This document shows positions 1-12,504 of a stretch of 64,000 nt of DNA, one piece after another. Numbering within the stretch: position 1 is the first letter of the stretch; the number at the start of each line of letters is the position of its first letter. The stretch comes from the human T2T-CHM13v2.0 reference genome, Homo sapiens: assembly GCF_009914755.1 (NCBI RefSeq), contig NC_060926.1. The stretch is one strand, 5' to 3'. Below the pieces are notes generated by a model, which saw only the letters and a list, made by a program, of their open reading frames with translations, was not told the DNA's origin and did no database searches. The translations under genes and the position numbers were made by a program.

Positions 1-1773
1 TCTGCATGCCTTATTTCAGCAAGGTGGTCTCCAAACTCTGATATTCTTTCTTCTACTTAGTTGATTTGGCTATTGAATCTTGTTTATGCTTCACGAAGTT
101 CTCGTGCTGTGTTTTTCAGCTCCATCAGGTCATTAATACTCCTCTGTAAACTGGTTAGTCTAGTTCGAGGCTCCTCTAACCTTTTATCAAGGTTCTTAAC
201 TTCTTTGCATTGGGTTAGAACATGCTCCTCTAGCTCAGCATAGTTTTTTATTACCCATTTTCTGAAGCTTACTTCTGTCATTTCATCCATCTCATTCTTT
301 GTCCAGTTGTGCACCCTTGCTGGAGAGAAGCTGTGATCATTTGGAGGAGAAGAGGCACTCTGGCCTTTTGGGTTTTCAGCATTTTTTCATTGATTCTTTC
401 TCATCTTCATGAGTTTGTCTATTTTCGATCTTTGAGGCCGTTGACCCTTGGATGGGGTTTTTGTAGGGTCTTTTTGTGGTTGTTGTTGATGCTGTTGTTG
501 TTGCTTTCTGTTTGTTTTTCTTTTAATGGTCAGGTCCCTCTTCTGTAGGGCTGCTGCAGTTTGCTGGGGGTTCACTTCGGGCCCTACTCATCTGGTTTGC
601 TCCCGTGTCTAGAGATGTCACTCAAGGAGTCTGGACAATAGCAAAGCTGGGTGCCTGCTCTTTCTTCTGGGATCTCTGACCTCAAGGGGCACCAACCTGA
701 TGCCAATAGGATTACTCCTGTATAGGGTGTCTTGAGAACCCCTGTTCGAGGGTCTCACCCAGTTGGGTGGCACAGAGAACAAGATCCATTTAATGAAGCA
801 CTTTGTCCCTTGGTGGAGTGGGTGTGCTTTGCTGGGAGTAAACCCACTCATCTGGGCTACCCAGATTCCTCAGAACTACCAGGAGGAAAGGCTAAGTCTG
901 CTGGTCTGCAGAGACTGTGGCCACCCTTCCCCCTAGGGGTTCAGGCCCAGGGAGATCCAGGTTCTGTCCCTGAGCCTTTGGCTGGAGTTATTGGAGTTCC
1001 TTCAGGGAAGCCCCACCCAGTGAAGAAGGGTGAGTCAGGGTCAGGCCTGAAGAGGCACTCTGGCTGCAGTCTGCCACAGCCATTGTGTTGGTTATGGGAG
1101 ACATGTCTTGGGACCAAGATGTCCAGCCTCCCTGGCTCCAGCAGGGGAAAAGTGCAGCCTGGAGCTATAGAGATGAATGCCATCCTTCCCTCGCCCAGGG
1201 AGCTTAGCGTGTTAGGCAGTTTGGAGTCCCAGGGCTGGCTGCTGCCCCTCTCACAAGTAGCTTAAATGGCTTAGACAGCAGGCTGCCACAGCTGTGGGGC
1301 TGGCTGCCCCTCCCCTTGGGAGCTCGGTAGGCTTAAGCAGATTCCAACTGAAAGGCTGTTGAGAATCTGCACAGCTCCTGGGTTGGGATGCTAGGCCCTG
1401 GTGGCGTGGTTTCACAAGTGGGATCTTCTGCTCTGTGGGTTGCACAGTTCCATGGAAAAAGCATGGTTTCCCTAGCTGGGTAGCACGCTCACTCACCACC
1501 TCCCTAGCTGGGGTGAGAAGACTCCCTTGCCCCATGTGGTTCTCAGGTGGGCCACTGCACCACACTGTCCTTTTTTCCTCTCCAAGGATCACACCAGCCT
1601 CCTAGTCAGTTCTGATGAGAGAATCTGGATACCTTAGTTGCTGGTGAAGGATTCACATGCTTATTATTATTCACATGCTTATTGTTATTATTCACAAGCT
1701 TATTATTATGGTTCTTTTCAATGAGAGCCTCCAAACACTGCTCTTTCTAGATGGCTATCTTGGCCCCACCCCA
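1..1773 (-). mobile_element. LINE-1 5' end (5'UTR plus ORF1 N-terminus), older L1PA-type; continues off the left edge
   Basis: Minus strand starts GGGGTGGGGCCAAGATAGCC, resembling the L1 GCCAAGATGGCC start motif. A GC-rich 5'UTR follows. ORF1 ATG at 404 reads MRKNQ*KNAENPKGQSASSPP..NWTKNEMDEMTEVSFRKWVIKNYAEL..SINDLMELKNTARELREA, with an in-frame stop at 387-389. Confidence 0.92.
1651..1710. repeat. Three-copy tandem repeat (18-21 bp unit) inside the L1 5'UTR
   Basis: attcacatgcttattatt / attcacatgcttattgttatt / attcacaagcttattatt. Confidence 0.85.
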
Positions 1774-4174
1774 CCAAACATAGGTCTTTAATACCTAATT
1801 AAGGTCCAGGAGAAAATCATTATCTCCTTGGGTAAATAATAATACAGTCTATTTTAAAATTAAATAAAAATATTCAGTAGCCTGTGCCCAGAGTGAATGG
1901 AATAACTGCTATGGGAAGATGGATAAGGGTGAGTCAGGTCAGTTTCAAGGTCTTCATTGAAGAAGAATAGCAGCAACTGAGCATTGGCATCTCAGCCTCC
2001 CTGAGCACAGGAAAGGAAATAGCTGTACTGCTGGGTTTGTTCAAAAATTATAAGATATTGAAATTAGTATCTCCTGTTTTGACAAATTCTAAAAGACAGC
2101 AATCATTTCTCTTGCTCTCAACATTTTCTGTAAGTTGTCCAATGTGATTCACCTGAGGCCCAGCATATGTCATTCCACAAGACAGATTGCAGACGCAGTG
2201 GCCACAGGCACTGGGCATTGATGCACCAAGTCAGTTCCACATGAGAAGATGCCAGCTCTCTTTCCAGTGAGCCAGTCTTGGAATCAGAGGCTGAAATTAG
2301 AGTTTGAAGTTGATCTTGGAGTCATTAAACCTTCTACTTACACTGGTGGGAGTTAAAGGATTTCTATTAAACTGATTTTACAGACATTTTATTAAATCAT
2401 TTGACCAGTTTAAGAAGTATGTTCTGCATTACACAATTCCTACTCTAGTGGAAAACCTGCCTTCAAAAGACTGACAAAGGAAACTAACCCCTTGTCACAA
2501 GACATGTCACCAATTGAAAACATACTGCTGCTGGGATTTGCTGGCTGTTGGGATAGTTTATTGTGGAATAAAATGAGATTAAGATATACATTTCACATAT
2601 GACAATAATAAAGCTTACCAGTTGGCTTTGCATGAATAGAATAAGTGCCTGTCTGGTTTGCATGATGTGAATTGTACTTGTTGACTTACTTTTCCAAATC
2701 CTCATTACCCCTTCCCCAGTGGTATTGTCTGAAAGCCTAAAATGATCATCATGCACATTATTGTTTAATAGTTTCATAATTTACTTGATCATATCTTACT
2801 GTGCATGGCATATCTTTGCCATAATTGGGCATGAACAGCCTACCTATGTTAGCATGAAAATCAAAAAGGGCCCAAAGTCAGTGGCATTTATTCAGCAGTG
2901 TGTGATCCACATAAAAGATAAGAATTTGTAGGGTGGAGTTTGTCCTCTCAGTTAGTAATGCAGTTGGAAGAAGCACTCATGTAAAAATGGTATACAACAC
3001 AGAAATACATAAGGTTATAGGCATTTGCATATATATCTCTAGAATCCATGAGTTAACTCAACTGGAACCACCAGTGGTAACAACTGGAATGATCTCGGTT
3101 GCCAAACTGGTAATGAGAGACCAAATTAATTATAAGGGGACAAACTACTGGAGAGATAGCTTCCTTTATGCAAACTATTTATGAAGATGAATGTTTAGAA
3201 GAGTGATATTTGCTTTATGAATTTTGTTACCTATCTCCTTTGCAATATTTATTTTTTTATAAAAATGACAGCAGAGCAAAACAAATAAGAATTTAAGGAC
3301 CATACTTCTGAGGGAAAGGAAGGTCAAAATTCCTTTATTGTACCTCAATACCCAGGTTGAATTACCTCTTTTGAATAAAGACCTTCTGAAGCTGCTTTCA
3401 TTATTCTAGTCTTTCTGGGGCAGCTGTCAAATACTTGTTCAGGTTATTTTAGGTCTCACAAAGCCTGAACTGATGTGCCATAGATACCTTCCAGAATAGA
3501 TTGCCAGTGGTCATCTGCAAAGGAGGCTTTCATAGCCTTTTGGGCATTCACATGAGACAAATAAAAGAGCCAGGATGTGTGAATTCTCATTGGGACTTAG
3601 TGTTCCTTTTCATTACTGATTAGAGAGATACTGAAAGTAATCTCATTACTTAAAATTAAGATGGCTTAATTTCTGGTTACTGTTGTGATGTAATTACTTC
3701 CCTTCACAAAACAATGAATTTGGTATTATTAGCCTCATTTTATGAAAGGAAAGACTGTAGCTGAGTGATTAAGAAATAATTTCTGATGCTTGGAGAATGA
3801 ATTGACTTCAAAGTAACAATTTTTAATTTTGCTTTAGTTTCAGTATTCAATGAAAAAGAAAAATAAAACAACTATTAAAGAATGTTTGGTACCCTGGGGA
3901 CCTTCTGTTCTCCTTATGTCTCATGTGATCAGTACCCTGCAAACTTTTTTTTTCCTTTTTTTTTTTGTAATACTGAATGCTTCAGATAATTATCTATAGT
4001 GAGGCAATCTCATGGCTGCTGCGATATTTAAGTAATATTTATGGCTTATTTCTTAAATGGAGGTTCCTTTGTCAGGGTAGAGAAAACAAGAGTAATGCCA
4101 AGGTGTAAACAGAAATATATGGATGTTGCCTATAAACAACAAATTATTATTCTCTAGTATCTTTTCTTGTCATG

Positions 4175-4242
4175 TAATTCACATGGAGAAAACACTCTTC
4201 TCTTTTTGACTACATCTTGGGGCCTGTTTTTCTAACATTGCT
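4175..4242 (+). repeat. Dispersed direct repeat, copy 1 (pairs with 5801-5872)
   Basis: taattcacatggagaaaacactcttctctttttgactacatcttggggcctgtttttctaacattgct. Confidence 0.9.
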
Positions 4243-4364
4243 CCTACACACACACACAAAGTGGTAAGAGTTTCATTTGATAACCTTAAAAAATTAAGGA
4301 AATACGGTTTCTGAATACTAAGCATACGTAATCTGAACAGCACTGTAGTCTAAACTACAGTGTG

Positions 4365-4462
4365 AAGACAGACAGACAGAGAGACAGAGAAAGAAAGAAA
4401 TGAGAGAAAGAAAAAGGAAAGAAAGAAAAAAGAAAACCTGGAGAAAAGAAGAAAAAAGAATA
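4365..4462. repeat. GA/GAAA-rich low-complexity tract
   Basis: gacagacagagagacagagaaagaaagaaa...aaagaaagaaaaaagaaaa. Confidence 0.85.
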
Positions 4463-5091
4463 TAACTAAGAGAAATGATATGTGTAATTATCATCAAGTT
4501 TCAAGATAAGGAAAGGCCAAAGTCTGACAGATTTGACCTATAAAGATAAGAGCCACTTTCAGTTATGAACATTTTATTATTTACACAATGGAGAAAAAAA
4601 AAACACAGAAAAAAAGTGCTCCCTTGTGGTCCTTGTCCTACACACCAAAAAGCATTCTATAACACAAAAGGTTACTGCCCCGTGAATTGTAGGATACCTC
4701 CATTAATTGTGGAGCCAAATCTAGACAGTGGCTAAATGGTTCTAAATCAGTAGCTCTATTCTAAGGGGAATGAAGCAGAAAGAACCAAAACTATCTCATG
4801 ATATTCCACAAGGGAAGATAAGAAAGCAAGTGGGAGATGCCCTTTGCAGTTCTTCGCAGGCCACCCATCCTCTGGTGTCCATGGAGTATCACAAAATATG
4901 CTGTTGGGACTCGCAAAAGCCGTGGTTCCACTCTTTGCCTATGTGGCGACATAGCCAAAGTCTCTAGGATGCCATGGCAGGGCCATTGCTTCCCTGACAA
5001 GAATTGGGGTTGTGATGAAACTTACTTTAGTGATTGAGAGCTTATAAACTGAAAATGATCACCTATTACTTCCCTTGTATATATCAGATTT

Positions 5092-5720
5092 TGTTCATTT
5101 AATACTTATCGAACAGTGTATTGAGCACATACTTTGGACCAGGCAGTGTGCTTCATATTGGCAAAACAAAGATAAGGAAGACATTAAAGTGATGTGGAAG
5201 AAGGTGTGGAAACTCTAATAGTGCAATGACACAATTTTATACTGGGAGCAAAGGGCCACAAAGCAAGTAAATTCCTCCATGGAGGAAGGGCGCATGGTCA
5301 AGGCTGCATAGACTGTTTGAATCTTGAAAGATGCATTATTATTCTCTTGTTTGAAAAGAGAACTTGGAAAAAATGTCAGACAAGATTTACAAGTGCAAAA
5401 AAGACACATTGACATACATCAAATACTTCTAAGTAGCTCAATGTGACTGAAATTCAGGATGTTTGATGGGGAGGGACAGGGTGGACAGAGATAAGAGCTG
5501 GGTAAGAGGACATCAGGTTGGTGCTCAGTCCTGGTGGTCCTTGCATGGCCTCAGTTTTATTGTGAAAGCTTTAAAGAATTCTGAGAGATACTGACTAGGG
5601 GGGTGGCAGTGACATATTCTGCACATCCCTGGTCATGATGAGGAAAACACTAAGAGTTCAGAAAAGGTTACCTGGAGATTCAAAGATAAATTAGAAAATT
5701 TTTAGTGATGACAAAATGGA
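5092..5720 (-). mobile_element. Degraded L2 3' region
   Basis: L2-like end: ttcattt...gtattgagcacatactttggaccaggcagtgtgc..aaaacaaagataaggaagaca, followed by purine-rich sequence. Right boundary uncertain. Confidence 0.5.
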
Positions 5721-5800
5721 AATTATGAAAAATCTAGTTTTAAAAGGGAGGGACTACAGATGAAGTGTAAACCTCAGAAGAGGCAGTTTGGAAAATATTA

Positions 5801-5872
5801 TAATTCATATGGAGAAAAACACTCTTCTCTTTTTGACGCCTACAGATTGGGGCTTGTTTTTCTAATATTGCT
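5801..5872 (+). repeat. Dispersed direct repeat, copy 2 (pairs with 4175-4242)
   Basis: taattcatatggagaaaaacactcttctctttttgacgcctacagattggggcttgtttttctaatattgct. Confidence 0.9.
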
Positions 5873-8439
5873 AGTGAAATTAACAGTTTAATTTACTTTT
5901 CCATTTATGAGACAAATGCTCATGTAACATAGTAGCACAGTGACCTTGTTTGCCTTTGGATTTAATTTACATTGACGGCCTATTTGCCTGTTTTTACAAA
6001 AATTGAATTAGGTCGTCCGTGTATAACACACAGTAAGTTTAATGAGGTTCAGACCTGTCTCCCAAAGCTACCACTATGTAAAAAGTATTTCACTTGGGAA
6101 ATTAGAATCTCTGTTGCTACCTTCATTAATCTACAAGGGAAATTCGCTCTCCTTTGTATTACACATCTACAAGTGCAAACAGGATAATAAATAGTGATCT
6201 ATCAGTTCCCAAAACAATTTACATTAAATCATTTATGATTGCTTCCCACTTCTATTTAGTTCACACGGAAGTGCTGAGCAAATGCCCATACAAATTAGAG
6301 CCCTCAGGGTCATTTTCACGAATACAAAGGCTTTTTGGTAACTATTTCACATAAACAGATGTGGAAGGATAGATCATGGAAAGGCAAGGAAAATAATCCT
6401 GGATGATTAATTACTAGGTAAAGGAAAAGCAAACATGACCGGCACAGCGAGTGAGAAAAGAACTCTTTAATAATGTTCCCTACTCTTATATCGCTTTATA
6501 CATTTTAAGTTATTCTTAAAATATCTATGAAATTCTCATAAAGTTCCTGTAGAATAGCTCAGCCTAGGGTCTATGAGAGATTAAGAAATTTGCCTAAGCA
6601 CAGTGCCTAAAGGAATGTACTTCTTTATAGGCTGTCAGTATTTATGTGTAATTAAAGCAACTGCACAGTGAAAGAGGTGTAAGTGGCTATTCTTTTACAC
6701 AGAAGTAAAAGTCTAATTATAAAGAATTATACTCTACTAAAAAAAAAAAAAAAGAATTACATGGCACCCAGGTATATGAAATGGTAAGCTATTCTCTGAA
6801 CCCAGGCATAGCTTACTGCCAAACTCTCTTACCCATGCAAGCCAGCAATAGATAGGTAATTAATCATGTTTGGGTAGGCCTGTCTGGAAAAGGCCTAGAA
6901 GACAACTGAGAAAGCTGGAAGCAATAGGCTGCGGGCAACTGGCGAAATCAGATGTGTTTGCATTTCTCTCTGTAACCCCATCTGCCTCCCTCCCTGGAGG
7001 TAAACAAGGGAAAGTATCTTCTTTGGCTAAAGCCTGTCCTTTCATAGCTTTTTCAAAGCAGAACCAGGCTATGAGCCATTTCAGCAAAATGCTGGTTAAG
7101 ATTAGAAAGATTCAATCACACATGCCCAATATTTATGAAACACAGTGCCAAGTATCTTGTTTTCCATTATCTAATTTAGGATTTTCTCTGAAATACATTT
7201 TAAGTCCCTATTTTTTGGTAGAAAATGGAGATTCAACCAGTGTCCAAATTCACATAGTAGAAGCTGAAGTGGAAAAATTGCGACGTGGCCTCATATATCG
7301 AGACTTCAAGTGAGGTTAATTTTTCTGGAATACGTGTCTCTCACCCCCAATTAAAATCAAGAATGTGGACATGTGTGTTATGGTGAAATGTAAATACTAT
7401 GATACAGGACTAGTGTTAGCAGACAAGCTACTACTAATGAGTATAAAATATTTGTATAGATTAGGCTGAAAAGTCTAAAATGAGTGCTGGGGCCTCACAC
7501 AGTGCTGGTGTACTCCTACTATTGTTTCAGGCTGTGGCACTTTCACTAGCATTTTCACGTTAGGAAGAAGGAGTTTATGAACCAATGGAAACCACATGTG
7601 TTTCTTTTGACAGTGCATATGAGCTTGGATGTTTACCTCTTTGTGCCGGATGGTCACCCATCTTAATGAAAACAAAAAAATAGTTACTAAAAATCTGCAA
7701 AGTCCAAACATCTAACCTCATTTTAGACCTTTTGTCATTCCTTTTTCTTCTTCTGAAACGTTGGGTAGCTGCATCATCTTTTCTCCTCCACTTGGCAAAG
7801 CCTGTAGCCATTGGCTAACTCAGTCATGATGATATTTGTTTACTACGCATTGCTGATCTCATTAACATATGATTTCCCTATGGTGGAGGAGTGGCAAAGT
7901 CAAAGCTACCATTGCAAACTTTTACTCAAATCTTGCACCAAGTCAGTACAATTGAGCTGGGACTTTCAGTTGTCTATAATTATCTAAAATGAGACATAAT
8001 AAGTCCTACTTCTATTTTCCCTGAGTCTACAATTGCTCATTGCAGTGCTTTGGAGTTCAGTGAAGATTTGTACGTAACTTATATAGTATAATTGGGAGAC
8101 CGTACAAGTTTTTTTTTTTTTTTTAATTTTAACTAACGTTTTCATCATTATTCTTGTTTTTCCTGCAAAGATCTTTCCAGCCTGAGCTCAATGCATTTCT
8201 TTTCACTTTATTGCTACTGATACCATTCCTTACATTCACAGTCTTGTCTTTGAAAGCACTTGTCTATTCTTAGCGGCTAGTTTTATGGATACAGGTGATA
8301 CCAGCAATTCACAAGTAGATCACGTAATGCTTTGCTTCAATACACTTGCAAAGTGTTAATTCTACCATTATCCTGCTGAATTTCCTAGGTGTTTGGAAAT
8401 GGTTCATTCTCCACACACATACCCTGCAGACTTGCCTTG

Positions 8440-8921
8440 TGTATTAGTCAAGATTCTCCAGAGAAACAGAACGAATAGGATATATAGATATGTAAGAGAT
8501 TTATTATGGTATTGGCTTACATGATTATAGAGGCTGAGAAGTTCCATGATTTGCCATCCATAAGCTGGAGAACCAGAAGAGCTGGTGGAGTGGAGTAATT
8601 CAGTCTGAGTCCAAAGGCCTGACATAAGTCCTGAAGACAAAGGCTCAAGAACCAGGAGCTCCAATGGCCAGAAGCAGAGAAAATGGATGTTCTAGGCCAA
8701 GCAGAGAGAAAGAATTCCCCTTCCTTCACCTTTTTGTTCTATTCAGGCCCTCAATGGATTAGACGATGCCTGCCTGTGTTGGTGAGGGTGGGTGGATCTT
8801 TCTTACTCAGTGCATTGACTCAAATGCTAATCTCCTCCGGAAATACCTTAACAGACACACTCAGAAATAATGTTTTGCCAGCTATCTGGGTATCCCTTAG
8901 CTCAGTCAAGTTGGCATAACA
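8440..8921 (-). mobile_element. MLT2-family (ERVL) solo LTR
   Basis: Begins tgtattagtcaagattctccagagaaacagaac, the reverse of the MLT2 3' end. Ends ...cagaaataatgttttgccagctatctgggtatcccttagctcagtcaagttg. Confidence 0.85.
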
Positions 8922-9990
8922 CCTTGCTTCAAGCTGTATCTTGGTGTCTTTTGGCAGCACTGATGGGGCCCAAATTTAAATCTCCACCCAGCGCTCTCTC
9001 CCCTGCTGATGTGACATGTTGCCTGTGCTGAATGCTGCCTTGGCCATGGTGGTATAACAGGCTCTCGCATTTTGGCTGTGGTGAATGATGGCTTCAGGAT
9101 TTATTAGGTGCCCTTGGAACACTGGCTTGGGGGTCTATGCTATTAACATTATCTTCTGCCTTTTCCATAATTAAGATGCCACTGCCAGCAAGTTCATTGT
9201 CAAAGCATGAGTCTTTTCAGCCAAATTCTTCCTGTAGATCAAGCCAAGAGAAAACCCTGCCTCTCTTTAATTTTTGCTCAGGTCAATTTTTTTCTGCAGT
9301 GCTGGGAGAAAGGAAGCCACAAGCTTTCAAAATACTTCAGATATATACAGTTACCAATCTTTGACATGCAAAACTGTTAAAATCTCAGCTCTTACACCCT
9401 GGGGAAGTACTGTTAGACTGGAAGGCACAAATTCATTGAGAATTCACAATTCATTTCTTTGAAATGCCGAGAACAAGGCTGTTAATGCTCATGGTGCACA
9501 AAGGCAAGCCCTCCAAGGAGAATGGGGTGCAGGAACACTCAAAATGGAAGATGAGAGAGATGAACCATAAAGCATTATTTCAGCTTCAACGCAGGCAGAA
9601 AGATGCATACCCCATCATAATGTTCTACCTCAGTGCAAATAAACTTATCGTCACACTGTATTGCCTAAACAATTGCTGATTAATATTAATATTGGATATT
9701 TAAATGGAAATCTTCATTTTTTAGTTTCATAACTGTTGGGAAGAAAATGATACACACTTATTGTAAAAGATTCAAACAACATTAACAGCAAAAAGAAATA
9801 AACCAAAAGGCATATCCACATTCCTTCTATCAGAGATAATCATAGTTAACATTTCAGAGAACCTCCCTGTAGATATCTATTTATCTATATCTTTTTCTAT
9901 GTATCTTTACTTCTCTCTCTGTACACACACACACACATAGATACACACACAATATTTTTAAATGATATTATACTTAATCATTATCAGGAT

Positions 9991-10072
9991 AATGAAGGTT
10001 CTGAGATTTTACCCTCCTTAGCAAGAAAACAAGTTAGCCTGTTACAGTATCAGTGATATTAGTAGAAGAAAC
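9991..10072 (-). mobile_element. 3'-terminal fragment of an LTR40-like ERVL LTR
   Basis: tgaaggttctgagattttaccctccttagcaagaaaacaagttagcctgttacag is homologous to 10537-10610. Confidence 0.6.
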
Positions 10073-10536
10073 ATTTTGTTTCAAGCATTCCAGCAGCTAC
10101 AAGTCACTCAAACTTCTTAGTTTTGATCCGCCCAAACCAAAGTCACAGTATCCTCTTAGTTGACACCTCTTTTTTTTTTTTTTTTTTGCTGGAGGTTTCT
10201 TGACTCAACAGCTACAACCACTTTTCCCTTTAACTAGGGCTGCAGGACTTCCTGCACCATTGTCTTGATAGCATCCCTTCATTTGCCTGCCTGCCTGTAG
10301 CATCATTTGAATGGCTTGTTTCAGTTCCACCTCTACCTGCTCAACCTGTCAACATACCTTAACAGGTAGAACAGTGGGAGAACCTTCTTGCTAGTTTGTC
10401 CACTACTGGTGTAAGAGCACCGATTACCTGCCCCTGGGCAGTGTTCTTTTATCTCCTAACTTAGCCTATGGAGGCCTTTATTCTCTTTTTCAAGAAAGTT
10501 ATGTATGTTTTACATCCCCTCTTTGCCTCCAAAATC

Positions 10537-11040
10537 TGTGAAAGGTCTTGAGCTTTTAGTTTATCTGCAAGCAACCAACTTATCCTGCCAGAATTATGTG
10601 GATGTTGGCAAAGACTCTTAAGTCAGAGACAAAAGCCTTTATCACTCATGATACAGAAAGTAGAATGAGTGTCATGGTCATGACCCTTCCCTCTGACCCC
10701 ATTTTGTGCCACATGACACGAAGCATGCCAGGTAGATTCTGTTCATACAGTGAGTTTGTATCACAGCTGAGGATCTCTAAACTTAGATTTCCAATTATTT
10801 ATAAGAGGCTGCCAGCAAGCTCGTCCCACTTTTTCCCAAGAGAGAGACATTACCTATAGCATACTGGACAACAAATCAGTCTGCCTTTTGCTCCAGAAAG
10901 AGACACCCTTTCTGTATCCAAAAAGTCAGTTTGCTATACAAACATGCCTGAAGAGATGCTTCAGAACAAAGGCCGCCAGGACCTCTGCTTCCAATCCCAC
11001 ACGTGGAAATGTGAAAGAGCCAAGGATAACTGTCCTAACA
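10537..11040 (-). mobile_element. LTR40-like ERVL LTR, full length
   Basis: Minus strand reads TGTTAGGACAG...GCAGAGG..GCCTTTGTTCTG..TCTTCAGGCATGTTTGTATAGCAAAC..GTGTCTC..GGAGCAAAAGGCAG and ends ..TCACA (TG...CA termini, ~500 bp). Confidence 0.7.
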
Positions 11041-12037
11041 GCCATCAATAAAATATACACGCTGTCCTAAATCTTATAAACACCAAAACAAGATCTGGCA
11101 AAGTATTCAAATAAATCTGGTCATTTTGCAGACTTTTTTTCCTGGTGAAACACACCCTCCTTATCACTAAATAAATTAATATCCCTTGTATATTATGTTC
11201 AAATGGCAACCACATTTTGCTATTAGCTAACATGATTGTATTAATGTTATTTTTCTTAAAGATGAAACATCTGCTCAGAAAAAAAAATCTAGGACATGGA
11301 CATAGATCAAAGTACTAATATTACCCTAAACTCAACATTTTAAAATTAGATAATATATTTTTCTTCTAAAATGGTGTATAGTTCTTATCTACTAAGTCAT
11401 TCTGGTTTCTTCTTCCTTGTTTTCTCCTTATAATCATAATTGTTACCAAGCACTGAAAATCTTCATTAATAAAATGTTTTCTTTCTCTAATTATCAAACC
11501 AATCTTCTTCTAATTATATTCTGTCTGGAATATTGTAATTGCTACCTAACTGATCTTTCTCCAATTTTCCTAGGCCACCAGGCCTGAAAATGTGTGAATA
11601 GTCTATCTATCTATCACAACAATCATGCCATATACACAGTATAAGTTACTTTCTATTTTGTAGGGATAATGCCAAAACTTCATTTAACATTTTTTTTACC
11701 TTCCCAACTGTCACTTCTTTTCTAATAGAACCATTTAAAGTTGTGTATCTACTACTAATCCCTATACATATTTGAATGTTTACATTACTTTTCTCTTCTC
11801 TTTTTAACTTCTTCCCTGCCAGAATTATGTCATTTTCCTCTATCTCCTTTAACTTATAAAACCTTTAAAAAATGAAGGCCAAGCTAACACTACAATGCAA
11901 AATCACTACATCCTCACAATAGAGAGCAAATATTAAATAAAATGAATACACCATGGGTTAGCTGGAATACCATGCAAATCGAACCTTTAAACAATACTGG
12001 TAGATGTAAAATAATGCAACCTCTTTAGAAATATGGC

Positions 12038-12469
12038 GTTTCTAATTCTGCAAAGAAAGTCAATGGTAGCTTGATGAGAATACCACTGAATCTAAAAATT
12101 ACTTTGGGAAGTATCATCATTTTCATTATACTGATTCTTCCTATCCATGAGCATGGAATATTTGTGTCCTCTCTTATTTCCTTGAGCAGTGGTTTGTAGT
12201 TCTCTTTGAAGAGCTCCTTCACATCCCTTGCAAGTTGAATTTCTAGGTATTTTATTCTCTTTGTAACAATTGCGAATGGGAGTTCATTAATGATTTGGCT
12301 CTCTGCTTGTCTGTCATTTGTATATAGGAATGCATGGAACCAAAAAAGAGCCTGTATAGAAAAGACAATCCTAAGCGGAGGACAAAGCTGTAAGCATCCT
12401 GACTTCAAGCTGTACTACAAGGCTACAGTAACCAAAACAGCATGGTACAGGCACCAAAACAGATATATA

Positions 12470-12504
<35 letters not shown>

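Noticed and set aside
732-1592. 177-aa and 113-aa ORFs in GC-rich sequence; possible CpG-island gene start
   Set aside because: They lie within the L1 5'UTR, which is CpG-depleted, and show no recognisable protein features.
4341-4362. Hairpin cactgtagt-ctaa-actacagtg
   Set aside because: A 9-bp stem is expected by chance in 64 kb and has no supporting context.
6870-7313. 147-aa ORF in unique sequence
   Set aside because: It has a non-ATG start, no recognisable domain and no splice or polyadenylation support, so it is compatible with chance.
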